DNA of 64,000 nucleotides, taken from NCBI GenBank assembly GCA_000092065.1, contig CP000588.1. One strand, 5' to 3'. Below are positions 9,128-20,500 of the stretch, in pieces. This DNA is from Ostreococcus lucimarinus (taxonomy: Eukaryota). The translations under genes were made by a program, and so were the position numbers. Every line of letters starts with the position of its first letter. Position 1 is the stretch's first letter. The notes under the pieces were generated by a model. It did not search any database and was not told where the DNA came from. It saw nothing but the letters and a program-made list of their open reading frames with translations.

Positions 9128-12100
9128 TCAGCCGCTCAATTTTTTGCCGCTACGCGTATGACGGGGAGACGGGTCGCGCAAGAGTTTGCGTTGATCCTCT
9201 ACGTCGGACGCGAGTCTTTTTATCGCGTTTAATCGCTTGAGCTTTTTCGGCGGACCCATGACGACATCGTCTTCTCGCACTTTTTCGGCGGCTTCCCCTT
9301 CGCCGGCGGGCTCGTCGTCCTCGCTCGGCTCCGCCATTTCTTCGTCTGCGACGTCGGCGGGCTCGTCTTCTTCGCTCGCCGTCGGAGCAGGCAAACGTCG
9401 CGGCGGCGCGTCATCATCCGCGCGCATGAAACCGAAGTTATCCAGTGTTTCGTGGGTGCGCCTGACTTCTTCCATCGACTCTTCGTCGTCTACCAAGGCG
9501 CCCGTGCGCGAGAGGAGCGTGTCGACTAAAAAAGTTCCGCGATACAGACGCTCGAGACGCGAGCGATGACGCTCGGTGTACGCCCGACACGCTCTAGTGA
9601 TTTGAGAAATCTCCGGAACCTTGCTCAGTTCCTCCATGGTGTGTGTGCGGAAGATGGCGGCGAGAACGTGTTGCGCGACGTGGCACGTGCGTCCGTTTGT
9701 GTTCCACTCGCGCACGCACTTGAGCACTCGCGCGAGCTTGTCTTCGTGCAACGGCTCGACGCATTTCCGGAGTCTGGCGTCGCCATTTTCGTAGTCACTC
9801 TCCAGAAGTTTCGTCAAAACACGAAGAAGTGCACCAGGGCGCTCGAGTCTGAGCGCTAAATCGATCGCCTTCGTGACTTCGCCCGAGCGCTCGGCGTTGA
9901 AGAATGCTTGCTCGCGTTCGACGGCGAGGGCGTGCTTCTTCGCCGCATCGGCGGTGGTGCTCGACGTGGAGTCCTTCCACAGCGCCATGGACGCGTCGGT
10001 GCCCCCAGTGGCGATCCAATCGCCATCGCTTGCCACGGCCAGCGCCCAAGCTTTGTCTTCGTGCGCATCGATGGATGCGGCGCAAGACCCAGAGGTGACG
10101 TTCCATAAATTCAACAGCCCGTCGCCACCCGTGGTGACAAGCTGGGTACCTCGAGACATAAATTTAATGCTCAACACCGCTGCGGTATGACCTTCGAGCG
10201 TGCGCAAGCAAGCACCGTTGGTGTCGCTCCCAGCACGGTCATCGGCGCTCCAAATCTTCACCATCTTGTCGCCGCCCGCGGTGGCGAGTACGCGATCCGA
10301 AGGAGAAAACGCGCACGCCCAAACTCCACGACGATGGCCGCGTAGCGTGGCCAACGGAACTAAATCGGGCATTTTCCAAATCTTCGCCGTCTTATCGCTC
10401 GAACACGTGGCAACCATGCGGAGGTGCGGCGCAACGGCAACGCCGTTGAGGGACTTGTCGTGCGCCACTGTGGCCGCCGTAGCGTTCAATTCGCCGTCGC
10501 CATTTCGCCGAACTCCATCTATGTCCCATACGCGAAGCACGCGGTCGACGCCACCCGAAATGGCAAACGGTGCGCCATTTTTCGAGTTCGGGGGAAACGC
10601 TACCGCGGCAACTGCGCCGACATGGCCTTCGCCGACGGCGATGCACTCTCGCGTGGCGGCGTCCCACAGTCGTACCGTGTGATCCTTTGCGCCCGTCAAA
10701 ATGAGCGCTGTCCCGTCCGTCGTCATCGTGGCATCAACCGAGAGCACAACGGCGCTGTGACCGTTCAAAGATCCGACACATGACATCGTCGTCGGATCAA
10801 ACATACGTACCGTGGGCGAGTTGGTGACCACGGCTACTTCTCTCGGCGGTCTCGCGAGCGTTCGCTCGTCTTCATTCTCGTTCTCGTCGCTATCGCCATC
10901 GATGTTTCGCTTCTTTTGAAGTGCTTGCTCTTTCGCACCGGGTACGAACGCCAAACCGATCACTTCATCCGTATTCGCAACAATTTCGCGTTCAATCTCC
11001 AACGACGTCGTCTCTGCGTTGGCCTGGTACGTCAACAAACGCGCGTCGCCGCTCACGCCAATCAAACGGTTCCCATCGTGTGTGAGCGCACACTTCGTGA
11101 ACGTTCCCGCGGCGGCTTCAAAATCTTCGTCATTATCATCGCCTCCTTTGGTGAGCGTATTTACCGCTACGAGAGGTGCGGACTCGATCGAATGCTTCGC
11201 CGCGTTCTCGCGCCAAACTCGAACGCGTCCGCCGTCGCCGACGACGGCGAAAATGACTCCGCGCCCGCCCGGCGGCGGCTTCACCTTGCAGTCGCGAACG
11301 ATGGCTGAATCCGGACGTAAAATCACGCAATCCTCGATCGTTTCGTGAACCGCCGTCGTCGTTCGCGGATTGAGCGTGTCTAAATCAAACGTTCGAACTA
11401 TTTTGTCCCGCCCCGCGGTGAGCAACGTGTTCGATTCGACGTCGATTCGAATCGACGTCACCGCACTCACGTGCGCGTTCGCCACGAACGCGACGCAGCC
11501 ATCGGATGAGGCCTTCTTACCCTTCTTCCCGACGCCCGCCTCGCCCGTGAGCGACCACATCGCGAGCGACCCATCCTCCGCCGCGGTGAACGCTCTCGCC
11601 TCTCTAACGCTCGGATGAAACGCCGTCGCCGTCACCGCCCCTCCGTGCTTCCCGCGAAACGCGTGCGTGCAGTACCCTCGTTCGATGTCCCACACTCGCG
11701 CCGTTCGATCGGCGCTCCCCGTGCACAACAGCGTCCCCGTGACGTCCACGCACATGTCCAACACCGGCGACGTCTTGTGCGGCGACCACGCCTTCGTCCT
11801 CCGCATCGTCGTCCCCCCCCTCCCATCCTCCATCGCGTCCAACCGCACGACGCGTCCGCTCCGACTCGCGCAAAACACCTTCGTCCCGCTTCGATCCATC
11901 GCGATCGACGTCATCGCCTCCCCATCGCCCTCGTCCCGCGCGAGCGCCGTCGTCGTCGACGTCGTCGCCGCGTCGCCTCGCCGCGTCGTCGACCGCGTCA
12001 GCGACACCCCTCCCTCGCGCGTCGCGCACGCGTACACCACCTCATCCGCGCGCGTCTCCCGTCGCGCCGCGCGCGCCTTCGGCGCGCGCGTCTCGCGTCC

Positions 12101-12265
12101 GTCGCCGTCGCCGTCGTTCGTCCCGTCGCCGTCGCCGCCGCCGTCCCGCGCCGGCGTCGCGATCGCCATCGGCGCGCCGCGTCCGACGTAGAACGCGCCC
12201 AACCGCGAGGACGCCGCGACGGACGTCCGCGCGCGCGCTCGGCGCTCGCGAGACGTCGTCGCCAT
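9128..12265 (-). CDS. UTP13: U3 snoRNP/SSU-processome protein UTP13 (TBL3 homolog), WD40 repeats plus C-terminal Utp13 domain
   Basis: It has many WD40 repeats. The C-terminal VREWNTNGRTCHVAQHVLAAIF matches TBL3 VWEWNTNGRCCHAAQLILAALF. The track ORF starts at 12382 inside the upstream tandem repeat; the first plausible ATG is MATTSRER at 12265. Confidence 0.8.
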   Translation of the reverse strand: MATTSRERRARARTSVAASSRLGAFYVGRGAPMAIATPARDGGGDGDGTNDGDGDGRETRAPKARAARRETRADEVVYACATREGGVSLTRSTTRRGDAATTSTTTALARDEGDGEAMTSIAMDRSGTKVFCASRSGRVVRLDAMEDGRGGTTMRRTKAWSPHKTSPVLDMCVDVTGTLLCTGSADRTARVWDIERGYCTHAFRGKHGGAVTATAFHPSVREARAFTAAEDGSLAMWSLTGEAGVGKKGKKASSDGCVAFVANAHVSAVTSIRIDVESNTLLTAGRDKIVRTFDLDTLNPRTTTAVHETIEDCVILRPDSAIVRDCKVKPPPGGRGVIFAVVGDGGRVRVWRENAAKHSIESAPLVAVNTLTKGGDDNDEDFEAAAGTFTKCALTHDGNRLIGVSGDARLLTYQANAETTSLEIEREIVANTDEVIGLAFVPGAKEQALQKKRNIDGDSDENENEDERTLARPPREVAVVTNSPTVRMFDPTTMSCVGSLNGHSAVVLSVDATMTTDGTALILTGAKDHTVRLWDAATRECIAVGEGHVGAVAAVAFPPNSKNGAPFAISGGVDRVLRVWDIDGVRRNGDGELNATAATVAHDKSLNGVAVAPHLRMVATCSSDKTAKIWKMPDLVPLATLRGHRRGVWACAFSPSDRVLATAGGDKMVKIWSADDRAGSDTNGACLRTLEGHTAAVLSIKFMSRGTQLVTTGGDGLLNLWNVTSGSCAASIDAHEDKAWALAVASDGDWIATGGTDASMALWKDSTSSTTADAAKKHALAVEREQAFFNAERSGEVTKAIDLALRLERPGALLRVLTKLLESDYENGDARLRKCVEPLHEDKLARVLKCVREWNTNGRTCHVAQHVLAAIFRTHTMEELSKVPEISQITRACRAYTERHRSRLERLYRGTFLVDTLLSRTGALVDDEESMEEVRRTHETLDNFGFMRADDDAPPRRLPAPTASEEDEPADVADEEMAEPSEDDEPAGEGEAAEKVREDDVVMGPPKKLKRLNAIKRLASDVEDQRKLLRDPSPRHTRSGKKLSG

Positions 12266-12340
12266 CGTCGCCGTCGCCGTCGTCGTCGTCGCGCTCTGCG
12301 TCGGACGCGCGGTCGTTCTCGCGTTTTCACGCGCGTTTTC

Positions 12341-12648
12341 GCGTTTTACTGGTGGCGTGTCACTCGTTTTATCGTACACCACGTCTCGTGATCACCATGA
12401 TTGAAACGGGACCCCGCGATCGATCGCTTACTGTTTGCGCACGCGGTCGGTACGCGGTCGGTACGCGGTCGGTCGCGCGTGTTCGCGCGCGCGTGCGTTT
12501 TACTGGTGGCGTGTCACTCGTTTGAATCGTACACCACGTCTCGTGATCACCATGATTGGAACGGGTCCCCGCGATCGATCGCTGACTGTTTGCGCACACG
12601 GTCGCGCACGCGGTCGGTCGGTCGGTCGTCGCGAGCCGATCCGCGAGA
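12341..12648. repeat. Tandem duplication, 2 copies of a ~154 bp unit (~93% identical) in the divergent intergenic region
   Basis: The unit gcgttttactggtggcgtgtcactcgttt..caccatgattg.aacggg.ccccgcgatcgatcgct.actgtttgcgcac.cggtcg begins at 12341 and again at 12495. Each copy ends in (ggtacgcggtcg)n-like minirepeats. Confidence 0.8.
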
Positions 12649-12748
12649 GAATTCTTTGAATTAATTCGAATGGGAACGATTCGGCGTTCGATCGTCGACG
12701 CGCGCCGCACGGCGCGACGCGCGAGCGCACGGTGCGCTCTACCACGCG

Positions 12749-14725
12749 GTGCGAACGCCCGCGCGCGCGAACGACGGTTTACGCGACGGGACGCGCGCGA
12801 TGGCGGCGGTGATGCGGTGCGCGATGCCGACGCGCGATCGCGCGGGCGCGCGAACACGCGCGGGGATTCGCGCGCGACGCGACGGCGGCGCGGCGATGCG
12901 GGCGGCGCGCGTCGCGGGAGGGGCGCGAGGGGAGACAGCGCGCGCGATCGGGGCGCACGGCGCGATCGGGGCGATCGGGGGGGTGGGCGGGACGGCGGCG
13001 CGCGGGACGGCGCGAGGGGCGCGAGGGCGAGCGGCGAGCGACGCGGCGAGCGCGGGATCGTCGTATTGGAGCGAGGAGACGTCGAGGGAGACGGAAACGG
13101 TCGTGGAGACGACGACGGGGGGGGTGAAGGCGACGATGACGTTCGCGGCGACGGAGGAGGAGGAGGAGGACGAGGGCGCGGGCGCGGGGAAGCGAGCGCT
13201 CGGTTTGGCGGCGTTCGCCGCGGTCGTCGCGGCGTTTGCGTACAGCGATGTCAGCGCGAGCTTTCCGTTTTTAGCGCCGGCGCAGACGCTGGCGAGAGCG
13301 TTGGTCGATATGGTGGCGGCGGGGGTTGATTATTTCGTCGACGTTACGCTCGACGCGTACGACGCCGCCATTTTGGGATGCATCAACGTGTTCTCTTGGT
13401 TTCAATCGTTCCTGCTGACGCCGGGTGGAGTGATCGAGAACGGTGCGAAGGCGTCGTCGGCCGTCATGGCCGATCCGAGCACGTTCGTGTCCAAGGCGGT
13501 TGGCTTGTTGTGCGCCAAGCCGTTCATGTCAATCGCGGCGGTGTTGTTGACGCTGTCTCGAGTCGTCGCGTCGTGGACGTTTGCCGCGGCTGAGTACGCG
13601 TGCGCGCTTTTGTACGCTATGCCGGTTTACGTCTTCACGCCGACGGCGGTTTTGGCGTACTTGTACTTCAAGAAGCGGTCCATCGAAAAGGTTGAGATCG
13701 AGAAGGTGAAGTCGACCAGGAAGATGGCCAAGGCGAAAGCCAAAGCGGCGACCATCGTGTCCACTGGCTCCGCCACGGGAGCGAGTGCGAAGTGGGCCGA
13801 GCGCCTCGCCGCGGGAACGACGAGCCTTGAATCGTTCACGGCATCGGCGACGCGCTCGTCTGACGTGACTGTCATCGATTCGTCGAGCGACTTTTCGTAT
13901 TCGAGCTCGAGCTCGTACGCGAACGACGCCTCGTCCACGCCCATCGTGGCCACACCGGTCAACTACGATTCTTACTCTAGCAGCTCGTCGAGCGCGAGCG
14001 CGAGCGCGAGCTTGTCAGGTTTCACCGGTGTGTACGATTTCGAGGAATCGTATGCCAATCGCGAGGCGTTGATGGGTGGCTACAACATCGATCAGGCGGA
14101 AGTCGAGCGTCTCTACGCCGAGTTGATGCCGAAGGATGCCGGTATTCCGCTTCCGACCTTGACGGTGACTGAAAAGGTCGATGACACGGCTGAAACGAAG
14201 TTCATGGAACAGGCGAGCAGCGTGGCCACGGCGACGAAGGAGGAAGTGAAATCGACCTCGAGCGCGGCGGCGGCCAAGGCGGTGGACACGAAGACCGAAG
14301 CGGTAGTGAAGGCTGAGGTGAAGCCGACGCCGGTCACGCCGGTGAAGACATCTTCCTCGTCTTCGACGTCGACGACGACGACTTCGACGACTTCGACGTC
14401 GACGGCGAGCGCGAGCGGCACGAAGGAAGTGAAAAAGGGTGGTAGCAAGGAGGCGTTCCTGGGTTTCGTCGACAAGGTGAGCTCGATTAAACCAGAGGAC
14501 GTCACGAAGGTTGTGACGGAGACCGCGAAGGTCGTGACGTCTAAAGAGAGCTTGGATCTGGCGGCGAAACTGGCGAGTGAAGCCGCTAACAAGGTGCAGT
14601 CGTCGATCAAGAGCGTCGACGAAGACGCGGAATCCAAGTCGACGACGCTTCCAGGTGGTACGCGCAAAGTCTCGTCGCAAGACGACGACTTGAGCGAAGG
14701 TACGATGATCAAGAAGAAAAAGTAA
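12749..14725 (+). CDS. Hypothetical membrane protein with an RG/Ala-rich N-terminus, 2-4 TM helices and a long Ser/Thr/Lys-rich C-terminal tail
   Basis: It is a 658-aa ORF with codon-like periodicity. The TM segments are ALGLAAFAAVVAAFAY and FMSIAAVLLTLSRVVASWTFAAAEYACALLYAMPVYVFTPTAVLAYLYF. I recognise no family. The true start may be a downstream ATG such as MTFAATEEEE. Confidence 0.35.
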   Translation: MRTPARANDGLRDGTRAMAAVMRCAMPTRDRAGARTRAGIRARRDGGAAMRAARVAGGARGETARAIGAHGAIGAIGGVGGTAARGTARGARGRAASDAASAGSSYWSEETSRETETVVETTTGGVKATMTFAATEEEEEDEGAGAGKRALGLAAFAAVVAAFAYSDVSASFPFLAPAQTLARALVDMVAAGVDYFVDVTLDAYDAAILGCINVFSWFQSFLLTPGGVIENGAKASSAVMADPSTFVSKAVGLLCAKPFMSIAAVLLTLSRVVASWTFAAAEYACALLYAMPVYVFTPTAVLAYLYFKKRSIEKVEIEKVKSTRKMAKAKAKAATIVSTGSATGASAKWAERLAAGTTSLESFTASATRSSDVTVIDSSSDFSYSSSSSYANDASSTPIVATPVNYDSYSSSSSSASASASLSGFTGVYDFEESYANREALMGGYNIDQAEVERLYAELMPKDAGIPLPTLTVTEKVDDTAETKFMEQASSVATATKEEVKSTSSAAAAKAVDTKTEAVVKAEVKPTPVTPVKTSSSSSTSTTTTSTTSTSTASASGTKEVKKGGSKEAFLGFVDKVSSIKPEDVTKVVTETAKVVTSKESLDLAAKLASEAANKVQSSIKSVDEDAESKSTTLPGGTRKVSSQDDDLSEGTMIKKKK

Positions 14726-14781
14726 ACGCGATTGCCTAGCTAACTCTCACTAAGTGCTATAACATATACCGCTATGAATGA

Positions 14782-16896
14782 CTATTTCCTAAGCTTCGCA
14801 ACGACACGCAAAGACGCGGCGAGCTTCGCCACATCTTCAGACTTGGCCGAAAATTGAAGCGTCAAACCGTCGCACACGCCAGGCATCGCGAACACGACTT
14901 CACCTGACTTCTTTCGCAAGCACAAGATGACGCGTCCTGGTGCGATGCGCATCGCTCGTTTGCGCGTTTGCTCCGATAGTTCGTCCAAACTAATCGCCGA
15001 ACCGGACATCGTGAGAAGCGCATCCAGCTCCGTCGGCAGGCACGTCAGCCAATGCGAGGGAAGCTTTTCGTCGAGCAAGCTCCGAAGCGCGTCGACGCCA
15101 TCAATGGTGAGATTCAAGTCTTCTGTCTGGTCTTCCCACGTCGTGACAGCGTTATCGTCCCAAAAATCACCGTCGGAGGGTTCGAAGAGCACGACGCCGC
15201 CTCGCGCGAGTCGGACGCTTTCGGAGCACGTTCGATCCAAAATCGCGCTCGCCGTGACGCTCCCTACGTAAATTCGCCGACGAGAGGGATCGATGGAACA
15301 GAACGCTTTTGCACCGCAATAGCGTTCGCGAAGTGTCTTCGCGAGAGATTTGGACACACGATGCGCCGGAACGAGTCGATCGAGCGCGGCGTCTTTGTCC
15401 TCCGTCAAAGGTTTCGGCGGCGGTTTGCCAGCGGCCGCGGATGCGTCGCATCTCGCCACGAGTTCGCTTTCCACGAGCGCTGCGAACGCGCGACGAGTGC
15501 GCTCATCGTTCTTCCTTTTCAACTTTGCGACGAAAAATCCACCAGTGTTGTCATCGTGTGGCAAAAATCGCGCGCATAGCTCGAGCCTGAGCGCCTCTGC
15601 GTGAGCCGGCGCATCGAGCGGCCACATCGTCTTGACAAACTCGCTCGAGCTTTTACGAACGGCGTCGTCGAAACTGGCGAACCATTGAATCGAGACGTCC
15701 TCATCTTCGCTCGAAGCGTTGATGTGCTCGCCCACTTTCCACGAATACATCCCAGGCCGACCTTTCAGCGGTAAATCGAGCTCTTCGAGCTCGAGCGACA
15801 AATCTTGATCCATCAAAAGAGTCTGTACGACAGCCTCGTCCTCGATCGGGTTGAACGTGCACGTGGAGTACACCATGCTACCGCCGGGCTTGAGTAGTTG
15901 CGCGCACCGTCGCGCGACGGCGAGCTGCGTGGAATGAAGCGCGTTGCCTATTCCCGGATGCCAACGCACCAAGGCATCCGCATCCTTACGAATCGTTCCG
16001 TCGCCGCTGCACGGCACGTCCGCCAAGACGTGCGTGTATCCACCAATCGCGAGCAAAGCCGCGCGTCGCTTCGCATCGTCGTCCATGCCACAGATATTTT
16101 TCAGCGCGCGCTTTAGATCGCCTCCAGACACGAACAACGGAAAGTGTAAGTCCTGTCCAAACGATCGCGTCACGAAGAGCCCGGCGCGTTCGCAACCCGC
16201 CCGCGCGTGCCGATCGATCGCGTCGAGCAGCGTCCCTACTCTTCCGGGATGCGCATCGTTCGCGTGAACCACGCCCTCGCCTCCACTCGCGCCGTATCGC
16301 GCGCACTCGAGCAACTGCATCGTCTTTTGCCCCGGCGCGGCGCACACGTCCAAACATCTCGCCCCCGACGTCGCGCCGAGCGCGCGCACCGGCAGCGTGC
16401 TCACCACCTCCTGCCTCGACCCGAGCCCTCTGCTCGTGCCGAACGCAAACACATCTCCCACGTGTTCCGGCACCACCGGTCGGCCTCGCCTGTGCGTTCC
16501 CGTCGGATTCGCCGCTTCGTACACGCCGTGCGTCTCCTCCGCGTCGCCCCAGTCCCGCAGCGCCTCCAGCGCCTTCACGAGCGCCCTCTTCGCCGCGTCG
16601 CCCTCCCGCGCGCCGTGCACGCGGTACGTCGCCGGCAGCGGCGTCGCCAGCGCCTCCCACAGCGCCGCCGCGTCCACCGCGTCGCGCGTCACGCCCTGCG
16701 CGTCGTAATACCTTCGAAACAGCGTCTCCCCGCACGAAAACTTCCTGTGCGCGATCGCCGTCGCGCGATCGCGCGCGCCCGATCCGACCGCGCGCCGCAG
16801 CGCGTTGCGCCCGTCGTCGTCGCCGCGCGCGCGCTTCATCGCTCGCGTCGTCGCGCGTCGCGTCCCATCGCCGCGCTCTGCGGAGGTTTTCGCCAC
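14782..16896 (-). CDS. NSUN2: tRNA (cytosine-C5) methyltransferase NSUN2/Trm4 (NOL1/NOP2/Sun family)
   Basis: The SAM motif I is [16 protein letters not shown], motif IV is [23 protein letters not shown] and motif VI is [20 protein letters not shown]. The N-terminal [16 protein letters not shown] matches NSUN2 FMDALREPLPATLRI. The track start at 16896 is non-ATG; the first ATG is at about 16839. Confidence 0.85.
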   Translation of the reverse strand: MAKTSAERGDGTRRATTRAMKRARGDDDGRNALRRAVGSGARDRATAIAHRKFSCGETLFRRYYDAQGVTRDAVDAAALWEALATPLPATYRVHGAREGDAAKRALVKALEALRDWGDAEETHGVYEAANPTGTHRRGRPVVPEHVGDVFAFGTSRGLGSRQEVVSTLPVRALGATSGARCLDVCAAPGQKTMQLLECARYGASGGEGVVHANDAHPGRVGTLLDAIDRHARAGCERAGLFVTRSFGQDLHFPLFVSGGDLKRALKNICGMDDDAKRRAALLAIGGYTHVLADVPCSGDGTIRKDADALVRWHPGIGNALHSTQLAVARRCAQLLKPGGSMVYSTCTFNPIEDEAVVQTLLMDQDLSLELEELDLPLKGRPGMYSWKVGEHINASSEDEDVSIQWFASFDDAVRKSSSEFVKTMWPLDAPAHAEALRLELCARFLPHDDNTGGFFVAKLKRKNDERTRRAFAALVESELVARCDASAAAGKPPPKPLTEDKDAALDRLVPAHRVSKSLAKTLRERYCGAKAFCSIDPSRRRIYVGSVTASAILDRTCSESVRLARGGVVLFEPSDGDFWDDNAVTTWEDQTEDLNLTIDGVDALRSLLDEKLPSHWLTCLPTELDALLTMSGSAISLDELSEQTRKRAMRIAPGRVILCLRKKSGEVVFAMPGVCDGLTLQFSAKSEDVAKLAASLRVVAKLRK

Positions 16897-16919
16897 TCGA
16901 CGGCGCGACGGCGCGCGGG

Positions 16920-17525
16920 ATGCGGGCGATCGCGCGCGCGTCGACGCGCGCGTCGACGCGCGCGTCGACGCGCGGCGCGCTGTCGCGCGGCGCGCGCGCG
17001 ACGGGCGCGCGCGAGGACGGGGCGACGGCGAAGGACGACGACGACGGCGCGACGGCGACGCGCTGGAGCGCGACGACGCGCGACGCGCGCGAACGCGCGC
17101 TCGAAAGCGCGACCGCGGCGGCGATGCGCGCGCGCGCGTTCGTCGTGGACGGCTCGCTGGCGTCGCGAGGGATGTTTCTGGAGCTCGAGGCGGCGGCGGC
17201 GAGGGCGCGCGCGAACGCGAAGGCGAAGGCGAAGGCGACGGCGACGGAGACGGCGGGAACGGCGATGACGTTCGATGCGTATCGCTTGGCCGAACGCGTG
17301 CTGGAATTAGACGTCGCGATCGAAGCGCCGGGAGCGGTCGGTGTCGAGGTGGAGGAAGAGGAGGAGACGACGGAGGCGTGGCGGTGCGCGACGAAGCGCA
17401 CGTATCAGCCGAGCAACTTGGTGCGAAAGCGAAGGCACGGGTTTAGGGCGCGATTACGCACGGTGGGGGGGAGAAAGGTGCTGGCGCGGCGGCGAAGGAA
17501 AGGTAGAAAACGATTGTCGGCGTGA
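16920..17525 (+). CDS. Organellar (bacterial-type) ribosomal protein L34 precursor with a long presequence
   Basis: The C-terminus [44 protein letters not shown] is an almost exact bL34 sequence. About 155 aa of Ala/Arg/Thr-rich presequence precedes it. The true ATG may be downstream, for example MRARAFVV at about 17124. Confidence 0.7.
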   Translation: MRAIARASTRASTRASTRGALSRGARATGAREDGATAKDDDDGATATRWSATTRDARERALESATAAAMRARAFVVDGSLASRGMFLELEAAAARARANAKAKAKATATETAGTAMTFDAYRLAERVLELDVAIEAPGAVGVEVEEEEETTEAWRCATKRTYQPSNLVRKRRHGFRARLRTVGGRKVLARRRRKGRKRLSA

Positions 17526-17588
17526 TTGCGTGATTTAATCATTAAAGTCGATCGAAAATAACAATCAAATCAAAGTCGCGCGCGGCGT

Positions 17589-20500
17589 CTAACCTCGCGA
17601 CGGCGCGGCCGCTGGGAATACGCGCGTCAGGCGGTAGACTTTCATCGAGACCTCGTTGATCTCGTGCGAACTAGCGCTCCATTTAAATGGGTTCATCATC
17701 TCAGTCGAAACGCGCACGATGCCGCACACGACAAACGTGAGCAAGCCCACGGGCACCGCCACCGCCACGCCGTACGAATGAATAAACGCGAGCGGCGACG
17801 TGAGCACAAAGACATAACAGAGCAAGTACACGGAGTACATGTAGAAGGGCGGGATCGGAGTGCTGACGATCGTTTCGCAGTTTGTCCACGCATCGAGGAT
17901 GCAGTCGATATCGTGGTAGATGCGGTAAAGTCTCTGTTCGTTGTTGACTTGACTCTTTGGGAGCGAACGCATCGCGCGCTTCAATTCGCCGCTGCACTTA
18001 CTGACACGAAACGCAGGCGCGATACCAGCGTAGGCGTTTCGCTGCTCTGCATTCATAAGATCTTTTGTCGATGGAGCGCCAAAGAAATCGTCATCGAGTA
18101 CGGTGTTGGGTGTCAACTCTTCCTTTGGTCGGAAAGTCGAGGGATATCCTACTCGAGACTCTCGAATCGATTGACGAGCGAAAGCCATGAGCGAGTTTAA
18201 CATGCTCAGCATCTTCGCGTGTGCCGCGCAATCTTCGTCAGTTTCAGACGATTGAAATGCAGTGTTCAGTTCAATGACCAAGTCTCTCCCGTAATCGATC
18301 AAGTTGTCCAAATATTCACGAGCGGTGTAGTAGCGCGTGTACGTCAAATTCAGCAAATGGGCGATGCAAAAGCCCAACACTGGGACGGCGATAGTATGAC
18401 CTTCGGGCGTGATCAATGTCTTGCATTGTCCGGTGGTGTAAAGCTCATCTTTGTCACAGACGGCTTCGGATAGGAAGTACAAGCCCATGGCGGCGGCGCA
18501 AGCGGCAAATATGAAAGGAAGCGTCGGCAAGATGAGCGTCCCACGTAGAGACACGAACTCGGTGAAAATACCAAATTTGCCACTCCTGAAGCTTCGTTGC
18601 TTCGGGAACGTCCACCCGGCCGGCATTTCGCGATCATAAGTCCAAGCAGGAGCGACCGCAGTCTGATCGACTTTTTGTCTCACTTCTTCGTAGCACTCCT
18701 TCCCAACGTCTAGGCGTTTTTCCTCGACTCGCTTCACCAAGAGAGAGATTTCCGCTTTGAGCTCATCGCTTTCTGCCAAGCTTTCGTGCGTGTGCGCACA
18801 AGATTTCCACAGAGATTGGCCCATTACGATTAAATCGTTTGAGCACATGACATCGCGCGTGAAAGGCTCTTCAAGGAGACCGGCTATGTCGATCATTCCA
18901 TACAGTGTCAAGGCAAGAATGCCGAGCGGTAGCCACGTCATGTACGTGAAGGCCACGACGATGACGCTTGCGGTCGCAAACATCCACAAAAAGAGTACAA
19001 TGTTGATCAAATGTTTCAACGAGTATGGTGCTCTCGTGTTCCTTGCGCGGGTACAACGAGAAAACGCGTGCAGAGCGGTTTGCATGCTATTCGCCATCAT
19101 CGCTGCCCCACGATTAGTTATGCATCCAGAGCTTCGGGCGGTCTCTACTTCCGCAAGAAGACGAGCGGCGATCGTAGCGACGCGTTCTTCTGAAGACGCG
19201 TCGAACAGTTTGAGGAAACTATTTTTGCCTTCTTCATCGAGAAGCGCACCCAGTAGTGATTCAGCGTCTTCATCGTAAAAGAGAGTGTGGGCGTCGCTCA
19301 GTTTCGTTTTCGTCTCGCCGTGGGCGAGATCCTTATTCAAGCTCTGACGCATGCTTGCAAAAAGTGCACAGCTCAAACGAAGAACTGCATATCGAGCTTT
19401 GCGAACAGCTTTAGCGGAGTTATCTTTGATTGGCTTCCCCGCCCTAGAAAGCTCGCGCAAGTGCGCGCAGGCTTGGATGTTGAGCGTGTACAACGAGTAC
19501 AGGAGATCGTAAATCCCCGTCTTTGCCTCGTAAAATACTCGAAACGCAAAGAAGAATCGATAGACAACCGCAAACATTGTCATACGTCCAATTATAGAAA
19601 CAGCTGCGGGCGCAAACACGACGTCGCACATCCTGTGGTCCGTAACGTCGTCGCCACAAAACTCAAGTTTGTAAAACTGCGCGCCAACGCCTATGAACAT
19701 CATGACGAACATCATCGGCCAAATATGTGGGAATACGGTGTTTCTCAATCGAAACAAGTACGAAAAGTACGACGAAGTCGAATCCACGCCACGTTGACGT
19801 CGTACTGCCTCCCAAACTGTGAGATCTCTCAGGGCTTTGGGGGCGGCCGCGCCGCTCAGAACGAGAGCATCCACGCCCGAGTGTGTTGTTTCTTCAGCAT
19901 CGCCGACGGCGCGCGCACATTTTTCATGAATGGCGATAGTCTCAGTGTACAGTGCCCAGCCAACTTTCGTTAAGTCGTGTTTAGGATCTTCCCAGCCGAA
20001 AGGATCAGCCAACAAACTCCCCAGCTCTGCGATTCCAAATAGCGATAGAGTCACCAACATTGACGGCACGACGGCGAGCCATTTGTACGAGGTGATGAAC
20101 ACAAACGGAGAAGAAAGTGCGAAGAAGAAGACGACAAAGTTCATCAAATGGATGAAAGCAAAAGGCATCGAGCTTGAGACGATTCGTTCAATATCAGCGA
20201 CCGCATTCACGCACGCCTCTATTCGACCGAGCATCTCGAATGCGCTGCGTTCGGAGATGTGTCCGAGGCGACGGCGTTCGTCAATGATGGCGATCATCTT
20301 CGACGCGCAGCACCCAACTCGCGCTCTATAATCACATTTTAAATAGCGAGCTTTTTCAGCATCTGTGAGCATAACCGATAGTGACGGCCAGCCTCGAGGA
20401 TCATCAATCATCTCTTCATCGGTAGGCGACAACTTCTTCAACGTGAAAGGCTCGACGCCGTGGCGACGCTCACGAACGGCTTGCCGCATGAACGCCATAA

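Noticed and set aside
15986-17401. 471-aa minus-strand ORF and the overlapping 353-aa plus ORF (16207..17268), both Arg/Ala-rich
   Set aside because: They are antisense or out of frame to the well-supported NSUN2 and L34 genes. They are low-complexity and typical of stop-codon-poor high-GC DNA.
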